The position numbers and the translations under genes are program-made. A stretch of 64,000 nucleotides of DNA, from contig CBDBHB010000009.1 of assembly GCA_965205505.1 (NCBI GenBank), forward strand, positions 1,184,001-1,248,000, given 5' to 3'. This stretch comes from Acidobacteriota bacterium. Its GTDB lineage: Bacteria; Acidobacteriota; UBA890; WLXD01. Of the stretch, positions 28,998-38,656 are shown in pieces. Positions within the stretch are counted from its first letter, which is position 1. The number at the start of each line of letters is the position of its first letter. Below the pieces are notes generated by a model. The model had not been told where the DNA came from, made no database searches, and worked only from the letters and a program-made list of their open reading frames with translations.

Positions 28998-30835
28998 ACG
29001 CTGTCGGGAGCGCCGCTCGGTGCGTGGCGCTCGCGGCCTGCCTGGCGGCAGGGCAGGTCGAGCCAGCGGCGCGCCACCAGCACACGCCGCCACCTCCGAG
29101 CGCAGGGCCCGGGGCGGACACCGGCACCCAGGTCGCCGCGGGCAACCGGGCCCCGGCGACCATCCAGGCTGCAGCTCAGGTGCAGCGCGCCGTGGCGGTG
29201 CCGATGCGCGACGGTGTCACCCTGGCGGCCGACATCTACCTTCCGGCGGAAGACGGACCGTTCCCGGTGCTACTCAGCCGCACGCCGTACGACAAAAGGC
29301 GCGGTGAGCGTGAGGCGACGTTCTACACGCAGCACGGCTATGCGGTCGTCCTGATGGACTCTCGGGGACTATACGCCTCCGAAGGCGAATGGCGTCCCTA
29401 TGTGGATGAAGCCCGGGACGGCTACGACACCCAGACATGGATCGGCGAGCAACCGTGGTGCAACGGCAAGATCGGCATGTTCGGGACGTCCTATCCGGGG
29501 TTCACACAGCTCCTGCCGGCGCCCTATCGAAGCCCCTACGTGAAGGCGCTGGTGCCGGTGGCCGCCCAGTCCGACAACTTCGGGAGCATCTGGTCTACCG
29601 ATGGCCTCTATCACCTGGCGACGGCCTTGAGTTGGGGCACCCGACAGCGGGCCATCGCGACAGATCAGCGCATGCCCGCGGTGAATTGGATGCGCGTGAT
29701 GAGCCAGCTGCCGCTGCGCACGGCGATGGATCACATAGGCATCCACTCGCCGTTCGTCGCCGACACGCTGAGCCACGATCGCTACGACGATTTCTGGAGG
29801 CAGATGAGCGTCCGGCATCGCTATGCCGAGATGGACGTTCCCGCCCTTCACGTTACCGGCTGGTACGACGATCTGACTGCCGAGACCCTGCGCAACTACG
29901 TTGGCATGCGGAAGCTCTCGCGCTCCGAGCATTCGCGACGATGGCAGAGGCTGCTCATCGGGCCGTGGGGCCACGGCGTGCGTACCGATCCGGCGTACGG
30001 GGATGTTGACTTCGGGCCGCAGATGGCGATCGACATGCGCGCCCTACACTTGCGCTGGTTCGACCATCACCTCAAGGGCATCGCCAACGGGCTCGCCGAG
30101 GAGGCGCCGGTGCGCATCTTCGTGATGGGCGAAAACGTCTGGCGCGACGAGCAGGAGTGGCCGCTGTCGCGGGCGCATTCGATGGAGCTGTTCCTGCACA
30201 GCGATGGCGCAGCGAACACGCGTTTCGGGGACGGAGCGCTTACCGTCGAACCGCCTGGCGACGAGCCCCCCGATCAGTATGCCTACGATCCGCGCCACCC
30301 GGTTCCCACGTACGGCGGTCACGGTTGCTGCGGGGCGGGCCTCACACCCCTCGGCCCGCTGGATCAGCGCGTCACCCAGCAGCGACAGGACCTGCTGGTC
30401 TACACCACGGAACCGCTCGCCGCGGACACCGAAGTCACCGGTGCCGCCGAGGTGCGGCTGTTCTTTTCCACCGACGTCGTGGACACAGACTTGTTTGCGA
30501 CCCTCTCGGACGTTCGCCCGGACGGGCACGCCATCCAGATCACCGAAGGAGCTATTCGCACGCGGTTCCGCGACTCCCTGGAACATCCGAGCCTTTTGAC
30601 GCCCGGCGAAACCCACGAGATCAGCATCCGGCTCTGGGAAACCAGCAACGTCTTCAAGCAGGGGCACCGCATCCGCCTGCACATCACCAGCAGCAACTTC
30701 CCGCGCTTCAACAGGAACCTCAACTCCGGCAAGCCACTGGCGGAGGAGACCGAGTCCGACATCCGAGTGGCCACGCAGACGATCCGCCACGACCGCGATC
30801 ACCCTTCGGCGATCATCCTGCCGGTGATCCGCTGA
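28994..30835 (+). CDS. CocE/NonD (S15) hydrolase
   Basis: MRDGV.LAAD, RTPY, GTSYPG, GWYD, GPWGH, SNFPRF. Confidence 0.9.
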   Translation: MNAVGSAARCVALAACLAAGQVEPAARHQHTPPPPSAGPGADTGTQVAAGNRAPATIQAAAQVQRAVAVPMRDGVTLAADIYLPAEDGPFPVLLSRTPYDKRRGEREATFYTQHGYAVVLMDSRGLYASEGEWRPYVDEARDGYDTQTWIGEQPWCNGKIGMFGTSYPGFTQLLPAPYRSPYVKALVPVAAQSDNFGSIWSTDGLYHLATALSWGTRQRAIATDQRMPAVNWMRVMSQLPLRTAMDHIGIHSPFVADTLSHDRYDDFWRQMSVRHRYAEMDVPALHVTGWYDDLTAETLRNYVGMRKLSRSEHSRRWQRLLIGPWGHGVRTDPAYGDVDFGPQMAIDMRALHLRWFDHHLKGIANGLAEEAPVRIFVMGENVWRDEQEWPLSRAHSMELFLHSDGAANTRFGDGALTVEPPGDEPPDQYAYDPRHPVPTYGGHGCCGAGLTPLGPLDQRVTQQRQDLLVYTTEPLAADTEVTGAAEVRLFFSTDVVDTDLFATLSDVRPDGHAIQITEGAIRTRFRDSLEHPSLLTPGETHEISIRLWETSNVFKQGHRIRLHITSSNFPRFNRNLNSGKPLAEETESDIRVATQTIRHDRDHPSAIILPVIR

Positions 30836-30852
30836 TGCATGAGAAACAACAA

Positions 30853-30884
30853 CGTCTCCTACAGTGACGGAGATTGTGGAGACG
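30853..30884 (-). terminator. Possible terminator hairpin between cocE-like gene and ssrA
   Basis: CGTCTCC...GGAGACG stem followed on the minus strand by a T-rich run. Confidence 0.4.
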
Positions 30885-30930
30885 GGCCGCGAGACTTCCC
30901 GTAACTCCAATAGATAGAACAACATAAAAG

Positions 30931-31284
30931 TGGAGGCGGCGGGAATTGAACCCGCGTCCGAAAACAATCCGCGCGAAGCGTCTACATGCTTGTCCCGCCG
31001 AAAAGGTTCACGCTGTATCGACCCGGCGGGCCAGCTGATACGACGCTAGTCCGGGTAGTGTCTCGCCGCCTCGCCCCCGAACGGAACTGGGCGGCCAGCC
31101 TGCTGAACGGCGTTCGCTCCGACCCTTGCAGGCCCGGGTCGGGGAACGCTAGCGGGTGTTTAAGCCGCTAGAGCTACCGGTGTGTTGGCAGTTGTGTTGG
31201 TTTCCACGTGGGATTAACGAGCATACGTGGAACGCTCGACATGCAGCCTCGGCTTCAGTGCTCCCGTCGAACCCTGACGCCCCC
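30931..31284 (-). ncRNA. ssrA: tmRNA
   Basis: 5' GGGGGCG..GGTTCGAC; 3' T-arm GGTTCAATTCCC and CTCCA end; tag reading ANTPVALAA-stop. Confidence 0.95.
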
Positions 31285-31373
31285 GACTCTGCGGCTGTTC
31301 CGGCACTACCCGGATCCGAAGTCGATGCTCCCAGAATAGCATTCCGCGCCCGATCCGGCCTAGCGAAACCTGG

Positions 31374-32552
31374 CTACTGCTGCTGGGCTTCGATCGGCAC
31401 CTCGATGCCCAACCGATTGTGGATCTCGATGCGCTCGCGGAACTTCTCCATGTCGATCTTCTCGTTGCCGAAGTCGCGGATGTCCTTGTAGCGAATCGAG
31501 ATCACATACTCGGTCTGGTCCACGCCCACGCCGTTGCGCCGCGCCAGCATCCAGGGGTTTGGCGGCAGCACCATGATCGACACCTGGTTGTCGGAGTCGA
31601 GGCCGCGCAAGAGGGTGCCGAACTGCGCCAGCGCCTCGATGGCCGCGTCGTTTACGGCGTTGGCGATTTGCTGATGGTCGCGCTCGAGGATCTGCTTGAG
31701 GGTGCGCTGTTGCTCGATGGCGCCGCGGAAGTATGCGCGGCTGTCGCGCCAATGCGGGCGCGCCCAGGCTCCCTCATCCCGGCGCCGCGCCTGTGCGGTG
31801 GCTTCTTGCTCTCGATCGAGCGCGGCTTCCTCCGTCCCTTCGGTACCGGGATCCAGCGAATTGCGAATCTCCTCCAGCACGTCTTCGAACCTGGATAGCT
31901 CGTGCAGGGCATCGATGTCGATCGCGGCGTCGTCGCGTTCCATGAGGACGCGCAGATCGCCGACGGAGCGCATGAGCATGTCGGCGCGCATGTCGATAAG
32001 GCCGGGGGCGAGGGGGTAGTCATCGAAGTCCAAGCCCGCGCTGCCGCGCAGCATGGCCATCGGAGCCGCCATCCGTGCATCGAAGCTGCGCGGCAGCACC
32101 GCCACCTGGGGCGTTTGGATGGAGAACATCACGCCGTAGCCGTCGAGGTAAAACCCGTGGGCGGCAAGCGGCCTGCCCACCTTGACGACAACCGGCTCCA
32201 GGGCCATGAGGTTGGCTTCGCCATCGCCGTCAGGGTCGCCGCTGCGCTCCAGATCAATCGTCGTGTTGACCTGCACCGAGACACGCTCTTGCACCAGGTC
32301 GGTGAGCAGGCCCTCGAATACCCCGAGCTGCCGCAGGCGCTGCGACTCCTGGCCCTCCAGCGCCGCGCCTTCCGACGCTGCACTTTCCGGCCCAGCATTT
32401 TTCGGCACTGCGCTTCTTGGCACTGCCCAGGAGCTGCCGCCGGCGAGCAACAGCGCTGCCACCGCGCCGATCGCCAGCCTCCCGATGTGCCTGGTGGTGA
32501 TCGCGTTAGTCATCGCGCTGCTCGGGTACCTGTGGCTCGATGTCGCTACCAA
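31374..32552 (-). CDS. Exported hypothetical protein of the ECF sigma operon
   Basis: Signal-like N-terminus, GFYLDGYGVMF motif; start may be 32513. Confidence 0.65.
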   Translation of the reverse strand: MVATSSHRYPSSAMTNAITTRHIGRLAIGAVAALLLAGGSSWAVPRSAVPKNAGPESAASEGAALEGQESQRLRQLGVFEGLLTDLVQERVSVQVNTTIDLERSGDPDGDGEANLMALEPVVVKVGRPLAAHGFYLDGYGVMFSIQTPQVAVLPRSFDARMAAPMAMLRGSAGLDFDDYPLAPGLIDMRADMLMRSVGDLRVLMERDDAAIDIDALHELSRFEDVLEEIRNSLDPGTEGTEEAALDREQEATAQARRRDEGAWARPHWRDSRAYFRGAIEQQRTLKQILERDHQQIANAVNDAAIEALAQFGTLLRGLDSDNQVSIMVLPPNPWMLARRNGVGVDQTEYVISIRYKDIRDFGNEKIDMEKFRERIEIHNRLGIEVPIEAQQQ

Positions 32553-33384
32553 TCCGGGTAACCAGGAAATCGATGACCTGGTTCGTACGCTCGAGCTCGA
32601 GCCCGGTGGAAGAACGCAGCAAGCCGAGCTCGTCGAAGACGACGCTCAGATCGCTAGTGCGCTGGGTATCGAAAGTCTGGTACAGGTCGGTGAGCAGCGA
32701 GTCGGTCTGCTGCTGATGTCGCTGCTCGGCGGCAGCGACCATCTGGCGCACCAGGATGCGAAGTTGGAGCTCGCGATTGCCGGGCACCTCGACCAGCATT
32801 GGCTCGATGCCGAACTGGCTTGTGCTCATGCGGAACGGCCGCGCCTGGCCGCCTGAAACCCTGCCGCCGGCAACCCGACCTACAGCTGTCTGACCGACGG
32901 GCGTCTGGCCGGCTGGATTCTGGCCGACTGGAATCTCGCCGACTGAAGGGTTACCCACCGAGGTTGTGGCGCTCGGTTGCGAGACCGGCGCTGCCGGCGC
33001 GGATGCGGCGCTGCGCGACAGGCCGGTGCTGAGCGTCCAGCCGATCTCGGTGCGTGTCAGGGTGGTGCTGGCGAACGCCGCAGCCAGCAGGATACCGAGC
33101 ACGAAGCTTGCCGCGATTGCCGCGCCCTTTATCCAGCCGAACGTGTTGATGGAGCCAGGGCGCACATCGCCCGGCATGGTTACGAAGGCGATTCGGGCCG
33201 GCTGTCCCTCCACCTCATCCCAGGCCGACAGGTCGTCGCGCACGGCACGAAAGGCCGCTTGCATGCGGACCAGATCGGGATGTTCGTCGATGCGTGCCTG
33301 CGCTGCTGCGCGGTCTGCGGCATCGAGCTCCCCGTACTCGAGCTCGACCAGCAGCTCCTGTAGGTCTTCGCGGTCGCCGCTCAT
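32506..33384 (-). CDS. Putative anti-sigma factor (single TM)
   Basis: Follows the ECF sigma; degenerate zf-HC2-like N-terminus (YGELD...H) then TM. Confidence 0.65.
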   Translation of the reverse strand: MSGDREDLQELLVELEYGELDAADRAAAQARIDEHPDLVRMQAAFRAVRDDLSAWDEVEGQPARIAFVTMPGDVRPGSINTFGWIKGAAIAASFVLGILLAAAFASTTLTRTEIGWTLSTGLSRSAASAPAAPVSQPSATTSVGNPSVGEIPVGQNPAGQTPVGQTAVGRVAGGRVSGGQARPFRMSTSQFGIEPMLVEVPGNRELQLRILVRQMVAAAEQRHQQQTDSLLTDLYQTFDTQRTSDLSVVFDELGLLRSSTGLELERTNQVIDFLVTRIGSDIEPQVPEQRDD

Positions 33385-33998
33385 ATCTCCAACCCCTCGG
33401 TCTTCAGGTGTCCCAGGCTCTTGGCCAGCGATTCGAAGCCATGGTAGAGCCGGGATTTCACTGTGCTTTCAGGTGTGTCGAGCACTTCCGCAATCTCGCG
33501 GAATTTCAGCCCGTGATACTGCTTCAGGATGATTACTTCGCGTTGCGTTTCGGGCAACCCCGCGATCGCCGCGTTCAGCACTCTCGATCGCTGGCGCCCC
33601 ATTGCCGAGCGATCGGGCGCCTCGGCCGAGTCCTGCACGAGCCGAAGCTGGTGCTGGTTGTCGTCGTCGTCCAGCGCCACCGTCGGTCGCGATTGCTTGC
33701 GGCGGAACTGACTGCGGCACTGGTTGAGGGCGATCTGGTACAGCCACGATGAGACCTTCGCCTCGCTGCGAAAACGGCTCAAGTTCGAGTAGGCCCGCAG
33801 GAAGGCCTCCTGGCAGATGTCGCGCGCCTCCTCGGGGTCGCCGAGGTAGCGGTAGACGAACTTGTACAGCGGCCCCTCCCAGCGCACAACGAGCTCGTTG
33901 AACGCACCTACGTCGCCGCCGACGGATCGGGCTACGAGCTGTTCGTCACTGGGAGCTGTGGGCGCTTCTGCCATTGAAGTTCCAGCGGCCCTTACCAT
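33381..33998 (-). CDS. ECF sigma-70 factor
   Basis: GD..AF..LV, D..QEAF, SWLYQIA.N, EIAEVL....TVKSRL. Confidence 0.9.
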   Translation of the reverse strand: MVRAAGTSMAEAPTAPSDEQLVARSVGGDVGAFNELVVRWEGPLYKFVYRYLGDPEEARDICQEAFLRAYSNLSRFRSEAKVSSWLYQIALNQCRSQFRRKQSRPTVALDDDDNQHQLRLVQDSAEAPDRSAMGRQRSRVLNAAIAGLPETQREVIILKQYHGLKFREIAEVLDTPESTVKSRLYHGFESLAKSLGHLKTEGLEI

Positions 33999-34173
33999 TC
34001 TCGTCTCTCCACAGAATGGGACGCCCCGCAGGCCGAAAAAGTCGAACTGGCCAGCCTGTACGTCGGATCGCCGGCCATGGTGCCCGTCTAGTGGAGGGTA
34101 GCGGCAGAGACCGCAGAACCGCTGCCAGGTCGCTCGGTAGGGAAAGCTGCTTGCACGAGAAAGTCTATCAAAG

Positions 34174-34854
34174 GTGCCATCGACGTCCGCCGACCTCGGC
34201 GATCGTCCACGGGAGCGGCTCGAGCAGCTCGGTGCGGGCGCATTAAGCGACGTCGAGTTGCTGGCGCTGGTGATCGGCCACGGTCAACGCAACCGCTCTG
34301 CGGCGGCGATGGCGCGATCGCTGCTCCGTCATGGCGGGCTACGGGAGCTCGCCCGCGGCGACCCGCAGGAATGGCGCTCCGAGCCCGGCGTGGGGGTGGC
34401 GTCGGCGGCGCGCCTGGCAGCCCTCTTCGAGGTGGCGCGTCGGCTCGCCGCTCCAGCGCCCTCGCACGGGCTGGTCATACGGCGCCCGCGCGACTTGGGA
34501 CGACATCTGATGTCGCGCTACGGCGCCGAGCGGGCCGAATGCTTCGGAGTGGTGCTGCTGGATGGTCGCAACCGCTTCCTGAGCGAGCGTGTGCTTTCAC
34601 GCGGCGGGTGGAGCGCCAGCGTCGTTCGACCCCGTGAGGTATTCCGGCAGAGCCTGCTGGCGGCTGTACCGGCGCTTGTCTTGTTCCACAATCACCCCTC
34701 GGGTGATCCGACGCCGAGCCGGGAGGACGTCGGAATCACCCGGCAGATTCTGCAAGCCGGCGAGTTGCTGGGCATTCGCGTGCTCGATCACCTGGTGGTT
34801 GGCGCCGAGGGGTTCGTGAGCTTTAAAGAGCGCGGGCTCCTAGGCTTCCCCTGA
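34174..34854 (+). CDS. radC: RadC/JAB domain protein
   Basis: [33 protein letters not shown]. Confidence 0.92.
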   Translation: MPSTSADLGDRPRERLEQLGAGALSDVELLALVIGHGQRNRSAAAMARSLLRHGGLRELARGDPQEWRSEPGVGVASAARLAALFEVARRLAAPAPSHGLVIRRPRDLGRHLMSRYGAERAECFGVVLLDGRNRFLSERVLSRGGWSASVVRPREVFRQSLLAAVPALVLFHNHPSGDPTPSREDVGITRQILQAGELLGIRVLDHLVVGAEGFVSFKERGLLGFP

Positions 34855-36613
34855 TGATCTCGCCTTCCATGATGACCGCTTCGGGTCGAACCTCGTGGAT
34901 CTCGTAGCGATCGATTTCGAACAGGTTGCGATCCAACACGACCAGGTCGGCGAGCTTGCCGACCTCGATGGAGCCGAGCTGGTCGTCCATGCGGAGCTGA
35001 TAGGCGCCGCTCAAGGTATATCCCTTGATTAGATCCTCCAGGTCCAGGCGTTCGGTCATCGGCAGCCTTATCGGCGCAGCCTCACCTTGTTGATGGTATT
35101 GGCGGTTGTGGCCGATCTGCATTCCCAGATAGGGGTTGGCCCGCTCCATGCCGCTGAGCGACACCACGTCGCTGGAGAAGGTCACGACCGCGCCGTCATC
35201 CAGTAACGGCTGCACTAGCAACATCCTTTCGAAGCGGGGGCCAAGGGTACCGGCGGTCAACGGCAGTCGGTCTCCCAGGCCGTGCCATTGGGGCGTGTAG
35301 TTGGCAATGACACCCAGCTGTTTGAAACGGGGGTAGTCAGCCGTATCGATGATGTCCAGGTGGCAGATGGTGACGCGTGGATAGAGCTCGCCGTCGACCG
35401 AACTGCGCGCTGCTTGCACGGCATCCAGCGCGATGCGAACGCCCCGGTCGGCCACGATGTGTAAGTGCAGATCGATCCTGGCTTCGTGAAGCTGCACGAT
35501 GAAGTCACGCAGTTCCTCGGTGTCGAGCAAGGTTGCGCCCAGATTGCCTGGGTCGTCGCTGAACGGCTCGAGCAGCGCGCCGGTACGAATCTCATTGGTG
35601 CCGTCGAAGTGAATCTTGATGGTGTTGAACCGTAGCCGTTCGCTGCCGTAGGTGCGGCGCAGCCGCTGTAGCTCATCGATCGCATCGGGCACCTGATCGG
35701 GCAAGTAGATGTGATAGCTGCCCTCGTAGCGAACCGGCAGGCGACCGGCTGCCTCTAGCTCAGCCAGCAGCGAGTACGTGAGATCGTGGTAGTTGTTGTT
35801 GCCAGCGTCCAAGAGTGAAGTAACGCCGTGGCCTGACAGGTACTCCAAGAAGGTGTCGATACCCTCCTTGTTGGACTCCCGGTCAACGTCAGTAAGGTGC
35901 TGCGCATAGGGCCAGGCGGCCCATTCCTTGATCCAGCCGGTAGGCTCCCCATCGGCATCCCGTACGAAGTATGAGAGACCGGGTACCGGATCGGGTGTGT
36001 TGCTGTCGACCCCCATCATCTCAAGCGCCACGGAATTGACCCAAACGCTATGGACGCTTCCTAACATCACCGGTCGATCCGGTACGACGCCATCCAAATC
36101 TCTCCTATGTGGGCCCGCAACGCCGTACAGATCCCCGGACCAGCTACCCATCTCGATCCAGGCAAGGTCCGGGTTGGCTTGGGCATACGCCTCCACCGCA
36201 GCGACGATCTCCTCCTTGCTCCCGCCCCTGGGCAGCGTCCCTCTGGGACCACCACCCACGGGGACCGCGGTATACCCGGCCGTCTCCCGCCCCATCAGAC
36301 CTGGGTGTGTATGGGAATCCACTAGACCAGGAATTGTCAGCTTGCCGCCGAGGTCATGGCGAGCGGTATCGGCGCCAACAAAGCCCTGTGCGCCAGCGTT
36401 GTCGCCTACGTAAACGAACCTGCCGTCCTTGATCGCGACGGCTTCCGCCCAAACCTGGGCTTCGTCGACGGTAAAGAACTTACCGCCCTGCAGCACCCAA
36501 TCGGCAGGGCTGGCAGCATCGCCTGGCGACGCGTCCTCCGTTGACGGCTGACAAGCCGATATGCTCAGGCTCGCCAGCAAAAGGATCCACAGCCCGGGCC
36601 TGGTTTCCGTCAT
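34823..36613 (-). CDS. Amidohydrolase 3 family lipoprotein
   Basis: PGLVDSHTH, SSD, GKLADLVVLD; ISAC lipobox. Confidence 0.88.
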   Translation of the reverse strand: MTETRPGLWILLLASLSISACQPSTEDASPGDAASPADWVLQGGKFFTVDEAQVWAEAVAIKDGRFVYVGDNAGAQGFVGADTARHDLGGKLTIPGLVDSHTHPGLMGRETAGYTAVPVGGGPRGTLPRGGSKEEIVAAVEAYAQANPDLAWIEMGSWSGDLYGVAGPHRRDLDGVVPDRPVMLGSVHSVWVNSVALEMMGVDSNTPDPVPGLSYFVRDADGEPTGWIKEWAAWPYAQHLTDVDRESNKEGIDTFLEYLSGHGVTSLLDAGNNNYHDLTYSLLAELEAAGRLPVRYEGSYHIYLPDQVPDAIDELQRLRRTYGSERLRFNTIKIHFDGTNEIRTGALLEPFSDDPGNLGATLLDTEELRDFIVQLHEARIDLHLHIVADRGVRIALDAVQAARSSVDGELYPRVTICHLDIIDTADYPRFKQLGVIANYTPQWHGLGDRLPLTAGTLGPRFERMLLVQPLLDDGAVVTFSSDVVSLSGMERANPYLGMQIGHNRQYHQQGEAAPIRLPMTERLDLEDLIKGYTLSGAYQLRMDDQLGSIEVGKLADLVVLDRNLFEIDRYEIHEVRPEAVIMEGEIIRGSLGARAL

Positions 36614-36978
36614 CGATCCTCCAGCCACTGTCTACCTCCCGGGATTTCCGAGATGACCCTGGTCGAGGCACGTTCCTGGCTTGGTCAGTATCGGGACGCC
36701 CGGATACAACCACCGATCGTTTGGCTCCTCAAGGGATTCTCTGCGTAAATAGCTGGCGTTTCAGCTCCGGCCAAGAGGCCTCAGCTGCCTCCAGAAGTAA
36801 CGCCAGCGAGCTAAACCGGCTCGTGTCGACGGACCCGTAGCGCGCTAGCTGAGCCTCGCGAGCCGTGCAACATACTCCGCGTGGTGTTCACGATTCCCAC
36901 CGTTGGGGCTACCAAATCACCTCGTTTGCCCCGGTCTCGCTCGCCGGCCAACTGCGCTCGTCGTCATCTGGCTCCAGG

Positions 36979-37666
36979 TCAGTGAGGGGTGGCGCTGAAC
37001 AACGATCGCAGTAGCGTTTCGCGGAAATCGGACGACGGTGCCAGGTAACCGCCGAGAACCGCGCGGCGGTGCTTTGGGCTTACGACCGTGAAGTTCACCG
37101 GAGTAGAGTCGTCGGCGGCCTCGAGAAAAACGACGTCGACTCGGTCGCCGCGGATCCTGTACCAGGTCGAGTCGCCGGCCAGGATGCCGCGTTCCGCGAT
37201 AAGGCTCCCACGCGAGCTCCATGTCGGCGAGCATCTCACCACGCTCCTCGTCGGTGATCAGGCCACCGTCCTGCGCGGCCGTCAGATTCTCTGCGGTACC
37301 GTCGAGGAATTGTCTTATCGTGAGGTTGCGAAGAAAGCGGGTACGAATGAGAACATCCCGGGCCTCGAGCACTGTCTCGGCGAGTGACGCGGCGAGCTCG
37401 TTGGAGTAGCTCTGCGTTGAAACCACCGGCTCGATCCCCGCAGTCGTCGCGGCTCCGAGCACGATCGTCAAGTGGAGAACGTCAATCCGGAAGATGGTTC
37501 GTTCGTAGAGCATCTCCATTGTCGAGTGCGGACCGGCGACAAGGTCCGCGACGTCGACGGGCGCGCCAGTCGCCCAGGCGGGGACTGGCGCCTGGGCGGC
37601 GGTGGGCGCGCTGACCGCTCCGAGCATCGCTAGCGTCAGGATGACCGTCTGCGAAGCGCTGCACAT
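36979..37666 (-). pseudogene. Exported hypothetical protein, frameshifted near 37200
   Basis: Signal peptide in one frame; plausible C-terminus continues in ORF 36979-37242. Confidence 0.55.
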
Positions 37667-38120
37667 CCCCGACTCCGATTTTCGGTGGGCGCGGAGGCTA
37701 TATCGCGTGACCCATGAGTCACAAGCAGGCCGGGGACGAATCCGGTTGCGATCCACGCTCCAAAATCGAATCAGCGTCGGTGCGCGGTCGGCAAAGTCAG
37801 GGCAAGACCCCACTTCACGTGGCGATAGCGGATCGGCGCTCGGCGACAACGCTCGCCAGATCGGTTCGACTCGGCAGTACATCTGAGCTTCATATCTACG
37901 AGTCATCCATGGGGTCGCAGTCATCCATGAGGTCTGCTGCTGATCCAGTCTGACCTCGCCGCCCTTTTTCAAGCGACTTTCGCAACCGCAGCAGACCGGC
38001 TGCCGGCAGCATCGAGCCGCACCCTGAATGGTGACTCCAGGGTGCGTATAGGGTGCAGTTCTCGTCACCACAAGCCACAGAGCCCCTTGCTATAAGGGCT
38101 TCTCGCAGGCGGCAACAATA

Positions 38121-38284
38121 TGTTCCACAATCACCCCTCGGGCGATCCGACGCCGAGTCGAGAAGACGTCGGAATCACCCGACAGATTCTGCAAGCCGGC
38201 GAGTTGCTGGGCATTCGCGTGCTCGATCACCTGATGGTTGGCGCCGAGGGGTTCGTGAGCTTCAAAGAGCGCGGGCTGCTCTAG
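38121..38284 (+). pseudogene. radC: Displaced 3' fragment of radC
   Basis: Encodes [16 protein letters not shown]...FKERGLL-stop; near-identical to 34682-34843. Confidence 0.9.
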
Positions 38285-38336
38285 TCGCCTCGGCCCGAGC
38301 ATGCTTCACACGATGAGCGAACAACGGGAACGCCAA

Positions 38337-38656
38337 TGATCTCGATCAAGGACTTCATGGAAATCGAGTTGCGCACCGCCCGCATCGAGACTGCTGAGCG
38401 CGTCCCGAAGACGGACAAGTTGATAAAGCTCACGGTGGACCTGGGCGACGAGGTGCGCACCCTAGTGGCGGGGATCGCCGCCGCATACGACGTGGCCGAG
38501 CTGCCCGGGAAGAAGATCATCGTCGTGGCCAACCTCGAGCCGGCGACGATCCGTGGCGTGGAGTCGCAGGGCATGGTGCTCGCCGCCGACGTCGACGGCA
38601 GCCCGATGCTCGCCACGTTCGATCGCTGGATACCCGCCGGGCAGCGGGTGCGTTGA
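38337..38656 (+). CDS. tRNA-binding domain protein (MetRS C-terminal/CsaA-like)
   Basis: DKL.KL.VDLG, VANL.P..IRGVESQGM. Confidence 0.9.

Larger units (their letters stand above)
34682..38120. mobile_element. Integrase-less islet inserted in radC
   Basis: Bounded by ~160-bp near-identical copies of the radC 3' end (34682-34843 and 38121-38284). Confidence 0.7.

Noticed and set aside
30931-30960. tRNA gene
   Set aside because: It is the tRNA-like 3' domain of tmRNA
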